In this document: positions 37,616 to 50,100 of the stretch, piece after piece
Layout: every line of letters starts with the position of its first letter
Numbering within the stretch: the stretch's first letter is position 1
From: Nymphaea colorata
Lineage: Eukaryota
NCBI RefSeq assembly: GCF_008831285.2
Contig: NC_045138.2
Span: 7,502,001 to 7,566,000 of the forward strand
Direction: 5' to 3'
DNA length: 64,000 nt
Translations under genes and position numbers: made by a program
Notes under the pieces: generated by a model
The model's database searches: none
Told to the model about the DNA's origin: nothing
The model's input: the letters and a program-made list of their open reading frames with translations, nothing else

Positions 37616-38281
37616 CTGTGTGTGTGAGAGAGGAGGGGGGTGTACAGGGATACATCAGGACATATATATCATATTCACAAATATCATTTTCGAGTTTTAA
37701 ACGGTAAGATTTTTTTCGAGTACAGTACGGTAACCTTAAAAAAAAGGAGAAAAATACAGTAAATTTTACAAAAATTTAAAAAACTAAAAATAATGAAAAA
37801 ATAAAATAAGTGAGAAACTAATAGCACAAACATCAAAAGATAAGTAGATTTACAACAAATAATCCATATTAGATGAAATGATACATACCTAGACTTGTTA
37901 GATCACAAATTGAGTCTATCTATACAAACAACACATATATAAGCCTACCATATACATTTCTTGTGTTTTCATAAAAACAGGTATTGCTATGACCATCGAT
38001 TATCCTGTGCTTCCTTGACCGAAGGAGAGAGAGAGAGAGAAAGAGAAGAATTAGTTTTAATTGTTTTTATTAAAATATTAATTAATACATAGTTGTATCG
38101 GTCTATATAAACCGATTCAACCTCCTGTAAGCACAATTAATTTCTACTCGACCGTATGCCGATACAATTATAAATCGGCTAAAACGAGCCATTACACGTT
38201 GAAATTACGAGCATTGGTGGGAGCACCAAGGCTCTACCAGCCATGGCTCCGGAAGACCAACAGCCCTGCCGGCCGGCTTAC

Positions 38282-38852
38282 TCACCGGTGCACTACGACC
38301 ACATCGTACTGCACGGTGGCATCGCGGGTTTTACTGTCGATCCAAAGCGTCCTGATTATGGCATAGCCGCGGGCCATCCGGAAGGCGCCGGTGCCGCCGA
38401 CAACCGGTATCTCCCTCACCTTGCCAAGCACCGAGTTCCGGCCCATGATGCTGAGGGTGCTGCCATTATACCTCCCATCCGTGAACACCACGTTCATGGC
38501 CATCAACAGCGCCAGACTCTGCTGCCCCTCCGACGCGTAGATCCCCTGGCACCTTCCCACCTGCTTTGACGTCATCTGCGGCCTCTCTGTCAAAAGGTTG
38601 TCCATCATCTGGACTTGGCCGAAGCCGGTGGAAGAATTAGGGGCTCTGCACAATGGTGACGCTGGTGGGGTGTTTGCCGCTCAGCACGTCGTGCCAGTAG
38701 AAGCGGAGGCGGGTTACCTTGTCTTTGCTCGGCAGCCTTGGCCTTGGTGATGGGCGACCGGGATACGTAGCAGCGGCAACGCTGGTGGTGGTGGTGATGA
38801 AGAGAAAGAGCGTGAAGAAGAGAAAGGACTTAGCAGGGAGGCTGCTGTCCAT
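38282..38852 (-). pseudogene. Dirigent protein pseudogene (8-bp deletion, stop after 71 aa)
   Basis: Near-identical to 58674-59252 but lacks 8 nt at ~38639, giving ..VQSP-TAA; the downstream dirigent motifs continue in another frame. Confidence 0.93.
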
Positions 38853-39059
38853 GGTGATGCTTGAGGGAGGAGGGGAGAGGCGAGGGGTTCCAGCAGACTT
38901 GAGAGAGGGCGTCTTTGTTGTCTCCCATGGTTTTTTATAGAAGTATTTAAGAGAGAGAGAGAGAGAGAAACAGAGAGCCACATATATATATATATATATA
39001 TATATAACATTCTGCTGGAGCATGTTCACCTAATAACTGACATGACATACCATCCACAA

Positions 39060-42030
39060 ATATAATTGAAGCTTCCTTCCTCCACATTTAAAAAAATGTG
39101 TTCGACCAACTAGATCATTCTTTATTGATGATGATTATTTGTTTTGTTTCGGGTGATGAGCAAGAACAATTTTTGTTTGATTGTTTATTAAAATAATCTT
39201 GTATTCCTGACATGAAAGTTAATGGATGATTAAGAGATGTAGCCATGAAGGAACCTCAGATATTGCTGATAAGAAAAAAATATGGTGAAGAATATACAGT
39301 AAAAAAAAAAAACAAATTAAAGCATGCTAAACCAACTGTTATAGCTGAAATTTTAAATGCTAGTAGATTGGGATGGGATGTAGACTATAAGATGGTCTTG
39401 ACTCACAAGCATGTGTGGGATGATCATGTAAAAAGACATCCAAATAAAAAAAAAATACATAAAGCCATCTACTTGAAAATTTTATGAGCATGCAATAGAA
39501 ATATGAGATAAATCTACTGCGATGGATAACCATAGAAATGTATATTCAAAAATACCAATATCATCAGCAGAAGTTTCACTCATTACTCTATTAGATGAGA
39601 AAGTATTTCAAGCAAATAATTTTGATGACCCCATGAGTAACTCATTAGGCGACCAACCTTCATCATCAAGGGGAACATGTAAGAAAAGAAAGTCATTGAG
39701 GATGCTTCTATTTGTGATGTGATAAGTAGTCTAACTGAAGAAGTATAGCTTTTAATGATGCTACTCCATATCATTTAACAAAACAAGCCAGTGACATTGT
39801 ATTAGAGTTATTCAAAAATAGTGAAATTGATTCATCTACTTGTTTGAAAGTGATCAAATTTGTGTCAAATTCACATGTGACTACATTCCTTTGTATTCTA
39901 CCATAGTTGAGGACTGAGTGGTTGCGTGACAAAATTAAATGTTTGTGTATAATTTTGATTAAGCATCTATAGTGTGTAATTGAGTTAATATATTTATGTT
40001 AGTTCATTTTTTAGTATACTCTTTACGTTGGTTGAGTTAATATTTTCCTTTTCATTTTATGTGTATTAATTTATGTTACCATCAGCATGTTTTTATGTAA
40101 GTTGACTTTATGGGAATTTTTTGGTATATTCATTAAGTTTATGAATCATTTGTTATTGATTTCTTATGTGTAATACCAAAAATGGGAACTCGTGTGCAAG
40201 AAATGATTATTTTTCAAGTGGCAATAGTTATTGTACTTATTTGCACGAGACAACCGTGACATATGGTCATGCTCCATCGTAGGAGAAATGTTGGTCAATG
40301 ATTTGTCTATGATTGTATATATGATCACCTACAGTACTCTTATGATCTTCTGTGAATGGAACAAGAAACTTATATATGATTCTGTGAGATATTTCGAGTT
40401 AGAAGATTACTAAATGATTCATGTCATATATCAATTGAAGAACAAATTGCAACGTTTTTGCGGACTATGTGGCATGATTCAGGAAACCAAAGAATTCAGT
40501 ATGATTTTCAACATTTAGAAGAAACAGCCAACATATATTTTAATTTGGTTTTACAAGAATTACTTTTCATTGCTCATGAATATATGGGGCAATGTGATGA
40601 AGACACGCTTTTACTCATACTTTAAGGTATTTAAACATGCAAAGTTTAATTTGTTAACTAATGTTTTTTTACAATTAATATTTTCTAATGATAGGATGGT
40701 TTGGACGCAATTGATGGAACAAACATTCCTATATACTTGTGAAGAGAGAATCAATGTCGTTGGATAAACAGAAAAGGTTTTCTATTGTATAATGTCCTTG
40801 CTATTGTAGGCTTCGATATGCACTTCCATTATGTCCTTGGTGGTTGGGAAGGAACACAACATATGCTAAAGTGTTATATATTGCATTTGATGATGAACAT
40901 AATTCTTTACAAGTACCTCAAGGTGAGGTTTGAATCTTAAATAAGTTATATGATTTATAATTTCTTATATGATAGTAATTTTGAAGTTTTAAAATTATTT
41001 TTGAAAGTTGACAACGTGTATAGTGATTGTGGTTTTGTTTATAAATTGTTATTGACATTTTTATAAATATATTATAGTGAAATGGCAATTTATTCCGATG
41101 TTTGTTTATTATCAATGTCAAGCTTATTTTTATATTTTTTTCTGTATTATCAATAATATTCACATAAAGTGTTGTTGAAATGCAAGGACCAAGGTGAACA
41201 GGCAATGGACTAGCATTGTTTTATGATTGTTGGTGGTTGTTTTGATTACATGTGAATCATCATCATTTTCAAGTGATGAACTTCATTGAAGAATATGACA
41301 GTTTTCTCTTTAGTCATATAACTATAGTGATATACATTTGGTTGTTTCTAGAAACTTGTATCCAAACATTTTTGTATGGTTTGTATCTAACAAATTGAAA
41401 GTTTACTCTTCAGTTATATATTTTTGTTATTTTTAATTAGATGATGTTTTCTTTTATAATATATAGATTTTATGTCATTTACATGTGGAGAGAGAGAGAG
41501 AAAGAAAGAGAGAGAAAAGACAAAAAAAAAATATTTTGTTGGTTAGTATATTTTAGGTTGTTTGTATTTGTAGAGACAGAAAGAGAGAGAGAGTACTTTT
41601 TGTTAGCTTTGATGTTTTTTTTACATATTTTATTAGTTTTTTATTATATATTGATTTTAAGTCTCTCATGTGTATAGAGAGAAAAAGCAAGAGAGAGTTT
41701 GTCTTTTTAATACGTTTTCCAAAATATTTTCCTTTGTCATATGTGATTTTTTTATTGAGAAAAAAATACTTTTATGAGTCCATATATTTTTCATTTGTTT
41801 TATCATGTATATATATATATATATAGAAAAATGCAAATCATGTGTGGAACTTGTCCGTCTAATTATTTAAACAAACAGTGGGCAAGACAAGTTGAAAAAG
41901 TTTTGTCATTATAAACAAACATGGAACCGAATTACAGCTTATCAATATGGACAATGAGTCTTCGTTCTTAGGACACTTGTTCTAAGGGCAAGTGTCTTAA
42001 GAATAGTTGTTTTTTCAATGAAACGGTCTT
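39060..42030 (+). mobile_element. Decayed PIF/Harbinger element (Myb/SANT ORF + DDE transposase remnants), copy 1
   Basis: ILNASRLGWDVDYKMV..VWDDHVKRHP; ISIEEQIATFL; (A)IDGTNIP; NVLAIVGFDMHFHYVLGGWEG; right end AAACGGTCT + TTA resembles a Harbinger TIR/TSD. Left TIR not found. Confidence 0.8.
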
Positions 42031-43230
42031 TAAGGGAACATGCGTGGAACCATAAATTATATTTATATTTTTAAAATTTTTTAATTTGTTCTTTGAAAAA
42101 TATTATTTTATAAATCTTGAAGATACTATGTGGCCTTTTAAAAAAAAGAATTTCTAGCTCTATCCTTAGAAGCAAAAAGAACTATGAAGGTGCCGATTAT
42201 TTGTCATGGTTCGGCTCAATAGTAATGATATTGTTTTCCGAGACGTGCAGCTGGATATTAGGAAAATGAAGTTGGATAATTTATTTGATGTATCTTTATT
42301 GATGATCCATGGAAGGTCTCGCCCATACCAAGGTTGAGTGTATGCTGGTTGTTGCCATGATGTATATTTTTGGCTTCCCATTTAGTGTTTTGCTTCCCAG
42401 TTGTAACCCCTAACAACCTGTAAGGACATTTGAAATACCTCTCTTTCTTGGGGGATGTGATAACCAAGCTCTTAATTCAAATATTGGGGGATGCTATATC
42501 AATGATGTTGAGAAATGTTGAGCTTGGGATTAGAGGTACCATTATGGACCCCACATTTTCTCTCTCTCTCTTGCTCACATGTTTACAATAATATAATATG
42601 CTCTCTCTCTTGGTACATCAATCGGCAATAACATAATAAGCATATTTCTCTCATTCTTACAAAAGCAAATCTTTCTTGGGGTCTACTTTTTACCTATTAA
42701 AAAAAATAATAAAGGCTATAATTTAAATTTAACAACTAAATAAAGTAACATTAAGACAGGTTTCTGTTGTCTAACCGAACCGATTGGGACTTGTCCCAAG
42801 GGCATAGTTCAAAAGAACGGGTGGGTGGCTCATGTGTGGTGCATAAGGAGTTTGATCCACTAAGGGCCATCTTGTGAGGATTTTGGCCGAATTCACCCGT
42901 CTCTTCTATGGAAAAAAAGAGATTGATTGATTCCTTTTATATTTATCGTAACTAATCCAAGTGGCATCCATCTTACATATTTAGGTAAATTGTGGCCTAT
43001 AAATACATGTGTGAAGATGTACAAAGATGATGTTAAGGGCATAATTGGCATGATGGTTGAACTGTTCAAATGTTTTCAAGAACCTGCCTCAATCTTTAAG
43101 CAGATTTATGAAATACACATAAAGTGATCCAGCTATCCAACGACTCCTAAGTGACTATCTACTAATGGAATGAAAAAGGTAGCCTACTTTTTCAAAACCA
43201 ATATAGAAGAATTGTATGATAACTTGGATA

Positions 43231-43680
43231 TAGGGATGACAACGGATCATATTTGAATCGGATACACTTTCTCATATCCACTTTTCCAGTTATCTATACA
43301 TTCATATTTGAATTCATATTTCAATTCTGTTGCATAAAATTTTTTATCATATCTGACTCAGATATGTAAATTCATTATCTGAAACTGAATCTGATTTTTA
43401 GATTAAAATCTGAAAATCTGAATTCCATTGACATTTGAGTATATGATATTTATTTAAAACTATATCTGACTCTGAATCTACTTAAATCCTAGTATGATTG
43501 AATGACATTTCTTATATTCAAATATGATCTGAATTTTTAATTGGATGTCCATTTTTTCTCATTTTTATTTTTCACGTTGTTCTAATCGAAGGTCGTCCTT
43601 TTTCATATCTTTTTTTTGTATACGGTTTGTTCAGATGTCGAATCTAAATATGATTGATTGATAGCTTATATGAGTTAAAA
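43231..43680 (+). mobile_element. hAT-type MITE remnant (TAGGGATGACAACGGAT end)
   Basis: Ac-like terminus TAGGGATG followed by degenerate ATCCGA/ATCTGA subterminal repeats. Confidence 0.55.
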
Positions 43681-43681
43681 G

Positions 43682-46504
43682 TGTAAGGATCATTTGGTGG
43701 GCCGGCATATGTCTATGAGGAATTTCAGACATTCTGGCTGTCTTAATGTAAATATCCGCTTAAGTGATTGCATTTTGGGATATTACGTGATTTTATATGG
43801 TATGAGGTAATTTTGTAATGTATATATACCTGTACGCAATTACGGACTCTTTGATGGGTTGAATCCGTAATTGCCCATAATATAAAATTGTAGTGGTCCT
43901 TGGGGTCGTGCGAATGGTTGTCAGAAATGTTGGTTTCTAGGGTGGTCTCTTCCCCATCTAAGAGTCACCGCACGTGCATCGCAAAGACCCTGGAAGATCC
44001 TACCGCGATCTACCGTCCAGTTCTTCAGATGGATTCAGGTACGCTTCCGATACAGTTAAAGTTTTATTTCAATGATTTAGCATGGACATGATATTGTTTA
44101 GGGCATATTCGTTTTTGTTTATGCATGAGGGAAATCTCCCAACAATTGGTATCAGAGCCCTATGTTCATTGTTGAATCATTGAACTTTTTGGATGAATTT
44201 GTGCGTTTGCCCTTTGGTCGGGTCGGCCATGGCTGCCGTTGGCCAAAATCTCTCTGTCGACTTCTCCCCTGCCCCTTTTCCTTGCCCCTCTACCTCCGGT
44301 GATGATTGAGGCAGAGTCACCTACGACCTTGGCGACGACTTAAGGGAGAGTGGCACCGTCGACCTCTCTCGTTGGGCGATGGAAGTCGTTGGGCTTTCGT
44401 TGCAGCCGCGCAGAGGGAAGAGGAACAGGAAAGGGCGGCGGCCGACGGGTTTGAAAGGCAACGGCTGACTGGTTTGAGGGGTGACGGTTTCTGGCCGTCT
44501 TGGCAGGCGTCGGCCGGCCGTTAGGCGATGGCCGAATCCCGACAGTCCTGGTGTGACCCGCCGGCGGCCACCCACGTTGTTGGGTGGCCTGCCGGTGGCT
44601 TCCTCACCGCCGTTGCAGCCGCCCAAAGGAACAAAAGGGGGCAGATTTGGGGACGGGAAGGATATGGCCGATTCCAGCCATTTTTGGGCTGGCGACGGCC
44701 GACCGTCAAGACGGGCGACGGCCGGCCGTCCTGGCGCGACCCGCCGGCGGCCACCCACGCTGTTGGGTGGCCTATCGGTGGCGTTCCACCATTCGCCTGC
44801 CGTTTCGGCAGGCCAATGGTGGAGCAGTGGCGTGCGAACCGTCGAGTGCGGCAAGAGGGTCGGACTCGGGTCAGGTCATGGCAGACCCGACCTGGATCCA
44901 TAAGGATTTAAAAAATATATATATATCTTTTGCAGCCCGCTTGCGTTTCAGATTTTCCAGATCTGGGTCGGGTCATTTCGGACTCGACCCGTACCCATAC
45001 GGTTTAAGATTTTTTGCGGTAAGGACATCGGATCCGAGTCGGGTCCTATCGGACCAGACCCGTATCCATCCGGTTTAAACTTTCGCAGTAAATACTTTGG
45101 ATCTGGATCGGGTCATGTGGGATCCGAACCGTATCCATTCGGTTTACATTTTGGATTTTGGATCCCGGTCGGGTCAAGTTGGATCCGACCCGTATCCATA
45201 CGGTACCGGTTCGACTCCATTCATAACCGGTTCTCACCTTTCTGAACTAATTCAGACCATTTTCAGACCGGTTCATTTTGTTTTGTAACTGATTCAGACC
45301 CTTTTCAGACCTGTTCATTCAGTTTTAGAGCCGATTCGGACCCTTTTCAGACCGGTTCAGTTGTTTTTTGTCCGGTTCAATTGATTTTCAGACCGGTTCA
45401 ATTGATTTTCAGACAGGTTCAATGGTTTTTGAACCGGTTCAATGGTTTTTTAGACTGATTCAAAGCTTTTCAGACCGGTTCATTCAGTTTTGGAACTGAT
45501 TTTAGCCATTTTTCTATCGGTTCATCTAATTTTGGAACCGTTTTTAGTCATTTTTCAACTAGTTCAGTGGGTTTCAGAACCGAGAAAGTCTTTTTTTAAC
45601 CGGTTCGTCCAATTTTTTTTACTGGTTCAGCCCTATTTAGGGCCTTGTGGGTGTTTTAGTCGCGGTTTAAGACCGATACAGGTCATTTTAAGTCTGATTC
45701 AGTGGTTCTTGACTTGCTTAAGCACAATTATAGTACCGGTTTATAAAATTTTGGACTCTTTGGGTCTATTTCATTGAATCATTTGGTTTTGGATTCTATG
45801 TATGGCAATTTTTTATGTAATTTGGTTTATGCATCATGTTTTTGCGTGTTGTTAATTTGTGGGTGTACTTTAGACGAATGTTTAGACTATGAATTTGATC
45901 TTTGGCCATGTCTATTGTTTTAAGTGAGTAGATTTCTACTTTATGTCGTCAAAGTGACCTCTGTTGTACGAATTTGCCTGTTTTAAACATTAAATGATAG
46001 TATGCTTAATCCATGCGGGCAATGATCAACCCAAAAGAGGATTGTTGTTTGGTCAGGTTTAAGTATACAGGGCAATGAATATGTGATAATTTTTTATGTT
46101 TCCATGTGAATAGTTAGTCAATCCAAAGATGAGCTCGTTATTTGACATGCATAATTATTTATATTCATTGTTGACCAAGAATACAACTTGCAATTAATAT
46201 TTCAATCCAAAGAATGGATATTAATGTTGCATTGATACCTTGTGATGGGTTTTGGGCCATTGTGTTTAAATTCATTTATATTTGTTATTTCATCTTTCTA
46301 CATGTATTTATTGTGAGCATGCTTTGGTTTGTTCTTTATACAGTGAGTTCTGCTTCTATGATATTTGTAAATTTGAGTATTATTCCTGAGTTAAATGATT
46401 CGATTTTCATAAGTAAGAAAAAAAAGACTGTTAAGAAAGTTGCAGTTGACCAGTCATCCATTAAGATACAGAAGAAGCATAAGGAATGTCAATCAGGCTG
46501 CTCT
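43682..46504 (+). mobile_element. Copia-C left copy: 5' LTR (43682-44144), PBS (44147-44158), long leader, internally deleted gag
   Basis: TGTAAGG..CCCAACA, then AT-TGGTATCAGAGC; reverse-complement homolog of ~49050-52375; gag start NLSIIPELN at ~46370. Confidence 0.9.
45220..45620. repeat. Degenerate ~11/22-bp tandem repeats (TTTTCAGACCGGTTCA) in the Copia-C leader; inverted counterpart at ~50500-50980
   Basis: Repeated ACCGGTTCA motifs are directly visible. Confidence 0.85.
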
Positions 46505-47140
46505 TGGTTTACAATCCTTCATGTCATATCGCTGAAGCACCTTATTAATGTAAGTCTTTTGTGATAATCCAAAAATACCTCGAGAACGATCTCGAAATAT
46601 TTGGATCCCCAATACAAAAGATGCACAACCAAGATCCTTCGTGTCAAACTTTGTTGACAAAATTCTTAGTTTTATGCAATATGCTCACATCATTACTTGT
46701 CAGCAATATATCATTGACATATAAAACCAAAAAAATAATTTTGCCCTCACTGAACTTTTGGTATACACATTCATCAACCATATTAGTCTTGAAACCAAAT
46801 GACACTATAACTTGATGAAATTTGTAATACCATTGACTGGAAAGCTTACTTTAGTTCATATATGGATTTCCTTAGTGACACATTTACTTGATTTTCTTGA
46901 GGTTGTTGAGTTTGTTATTTAGTAGGGAGATCGACATCATTTGCCTTTTTCTGAATATGTTGATGGAACAATGTCAGGAATGAATACTTGACTATTGCTT
47001 ACAACATCCTCCGCATGAGTGGACTCAAATCCCTCTTCAAATGCAATGTTTATAACCTGATTACCTTCCCAAACTCAATATCCTCAAAGAAATGGGCATT
47101 TCCCGTTTCAAAGAAAGACTTACCGATTGGATCATAATCA
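46505..47140 (-). mobile_element. Copia-C integrase-end/RT fragment, diverged duplicate of ~48010-48630
   Basis: YDPIGKSFFETGNAHFFED joined to LRKSIY..QWYYKFHQVI..YVNDILL..KDLGCASFVLGIQI. Confidence 0.85.
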
Positions 47141-50100
47141 ATGACATAGATCTGATATGGATGTATAGCATGAGAATTACATGTAATGTGATTACAACAT
47201 GTCTATTCTCAACTGGTCCAACTTTAAAACCTTATGGAGATCAAAACACAAACACATAAATATAGAATAGAACTAAAGAACTTTAAACTTTATTCTGCAG
47301 AAAACTGAATACGTGTCCATACATTAGAGCAAACAAAATACAAACTCCCACTAAACCAGCACATCATCCAAGGATAACACCCACATACGAACAACATGTT
47401 CGTGAAAGACCTTATGTGTTAAACCATTGGCAAGCGGATCCGCAAATCATAGAGTTTGTCCCAATATGCTCTAAAGACACCTGACCATTCTGTATCCCCT
47501 CTTTAACAGCCCAAAAACTTAATGTCGATGTGCTTCGACTTTGACAAACTGTGACTGTTGTAAGAGTACATGACTGCTGAATTATTGTCACACAACAACC
47601 TTAGTGGTCTTTCTATACCATACATAATGCGCAGCCTCGTGACAAAATTCTGCAATCACAAAACCTGATTGGATGCCATTATCTTAGCACCCAGCAAAGT
47701 CAGAATCTGAATACCCAATGATCTCCCACTGGTCTGACTTCTTGTATGTGAACATAAAACCCTTTTGTTCTTTGTAAGTACTTCAAAAACTCTTTTGGCT
47801 GCTATCCAATTATCCATACCAGGATCACTTAAGTATCTGCCTAACATTTCAACGATAAATGCAATATCCGGACGAGTACAAACCTGAGCATACATAAGGC
47901 TTCCCACAACAGACGAATAGGAAATCCTTTCTATTTCCTTATATTCGATTTCACTGTTAGGGCACTGTTTGAGACTAAACTTGTCTCCTTTAGCAACTGG
48001 AGTATCTCCTGGTTTACAATCCTTCATGCCATATCGCTGAAGCACCTTATTAATGTAGGCCTTTTGTGATAATCCAAAAATACCTCGAGAACGATCTCGA
48101 AATATTTGGATCCCCAATACAAAAGATGCACAACCAAGATCCTTCGTGTCAAACTTTGTTGACAAAATTCTTAGTTTCATGCAATATGCCCACATCATTA
48201 CTTGTCAGCAATATATCATTGACATATAAAACCAGAAAAATAATTTTGCCCTCACTGAACTTTTGGTATACACATTCATCAACCATATTAGTCTTGAACT
48301 CAAATGACACTATAACTTGATGAAATTTGTAATACAATTGACTGGAAAGCTTACTTTAGTCCATATATGGATTTCCTTAGTGACACCTCTACTTGATTTT
48401 CTTGAGGTTGTTGAGTTTGTTATTCAGTAGGGAGATCGACATCATTTGCCTTCTTCTGAATATGTTGATGGAACAATGTCAGGAATGAATACTTGACTAT
48501 TGCTTACAACATCTGTATGAGTGGACTCGAATCCCTCTTCAAAGGCAATTTTTATAACCTGATCACCTGCCCAAACTCAATATCATCAAAGAAATGTGCA
48601 TTTCCCGTTTCAAAGAAAGACTTGCCGATTAATGTAGAAACAGCTTCAATTTATTTCCTTCAAATGAACAATAATAACCAAATTTGTCCAGTAAAGAAAT
48701 AAAAATCAAATTCCGTCTAAAAGACGGTACTACATAAGTTTCTGTCAAATTCAAAAAACAACCAGTCTTTAACAATAACCCAAAAAATCTGCTATGGCTT
48801 CAATCTTCGCCTTCATGTCATCGCCCTCATAGATGAATCTTTCAGCATCAATTGGCGTCTGACAATTTAGGCAGCCCTGCATAGAAATACTTATGTGAGT
48901 AGTAGCAACCGAATCTACACACAAGTGCCTTTGTACTGAAATTAAATTAACCTCAGAACAAACCCAAAGTAAGAATCGTACCTTTCTTTTCACGCTATGC
49001 GTGATACTTAGTACAATCTTTTTTCATATGACCTTCATCCTTGCAAAAAAAGCAGCTTGATTTGCCTTCCTTATGCTTCTTTTGTTTCTTGATGGATGTG
49101 TGATCAACTGCAACTTCCTTAATAGCCTTTCTTTTCTTACTTTTGCGTAGTAGCCAAGTGAGCACTTTTTATCCTATCATGCTTCAATCTCTCATCTTCT
49201 TCCACACAGTGCGAAATGAGTTCATTAAGAGTCCATTTCTCCTTCTGACAGTTATAACTAACTTTAAACTGTCCAAACTATGGTGAAAGAGAAAGAAGAA
49301 CCATATGTACTATAAAGTCTTCAGGTAACCTCAGACCTAGTGCCTGTAATTTTGAAGCAAGTTGAGACATTTCCATAATGTGCTCCTGTATGTTCCCCTT
49401 ACCTTTATACTTCAGCGTCACAAGTTTACTCAAAAGAGTGCTTGTTTTAGCCTTTTCATTTTTAGCAAAACGTTTTTCAATCTCTTCAAGGAACGCCTTG
49501 GCACTAGCCTTTTCAGTAATAGAGCCCCGAAAATTTTCTGGGATTGATCTCTTCATGATCATTAGACACATGCGATTTGAACGTTCCCACCATTCAAAGT
49601 ACCGCTTATCCTCATGGGAACTTTGATCTGTTGGATGAAGTGGGCACGACTCCCTAAATGCAAGGTCAAGATCCATACAACCCAGAACAATCATGACAGT
49701 TTCTTTTCAGTCCTTAAAATTCGAACCATTTAACTCAGGAACAGTACTCAAATTTGCAGATATCATATAAGCAGGACTCACTGTACAAAAAACAACAAAA
49801 AATATCAAACATGCTCACAATCAATACATGTACAAAGACGAAATAACAAATATAAATGAATTTAAATATAATGGCCTAAGTCCCATCACAAGGTACCGGT
49901 GCAACATTAATATCCAATATTTGGATTGAAATACTAACTGCAAGTGCTATTCTTGGTCAACAATGAATATAGATAATTAACCCAGACAAACAACGAGCCT
50001 ATCTTTGGATTGACTCGCTATTCACATGGAAACATGAACAATTATCACATATTCATTGCTCTGTATACTTAAACTTGACCAAGCAACAATCCTCCTTTGG

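Larger units (their letters stand above)
36261..42787 (+). repeat. Segmental duplication, copy 1 (PTP exons + DIR + Harbinger remnant); copy 2 at ~56614-63290
   Basis: Collinear high-identity match from ACTCTGAGCTAGAT to TAACCGA..TTGG at an offset of about 20.4 kb. Confidence 0.95.

Noticed and set aside
38243..38569. 108-aa plus-strand ORF conserved in both copies (also 58635-58961)
   Set aside because: Antisense shadow of the GC-rich DIR coding sequence; conservation is explained by the recent duplication.
42160..42540. Possible LINE 3'/RNase H-like remnant (NDIVFRD), also at ~62640-63020
   Set aside because: A single short motif; too degenerate to call without a profile search.
44300..45100. 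Overlapping Arg/Pro/Gly-rich ORFs here and at 50685-51764
   Set aside because: GC-rich retrotransposon leader with few stop codons; frames are not conserved between the two copies.
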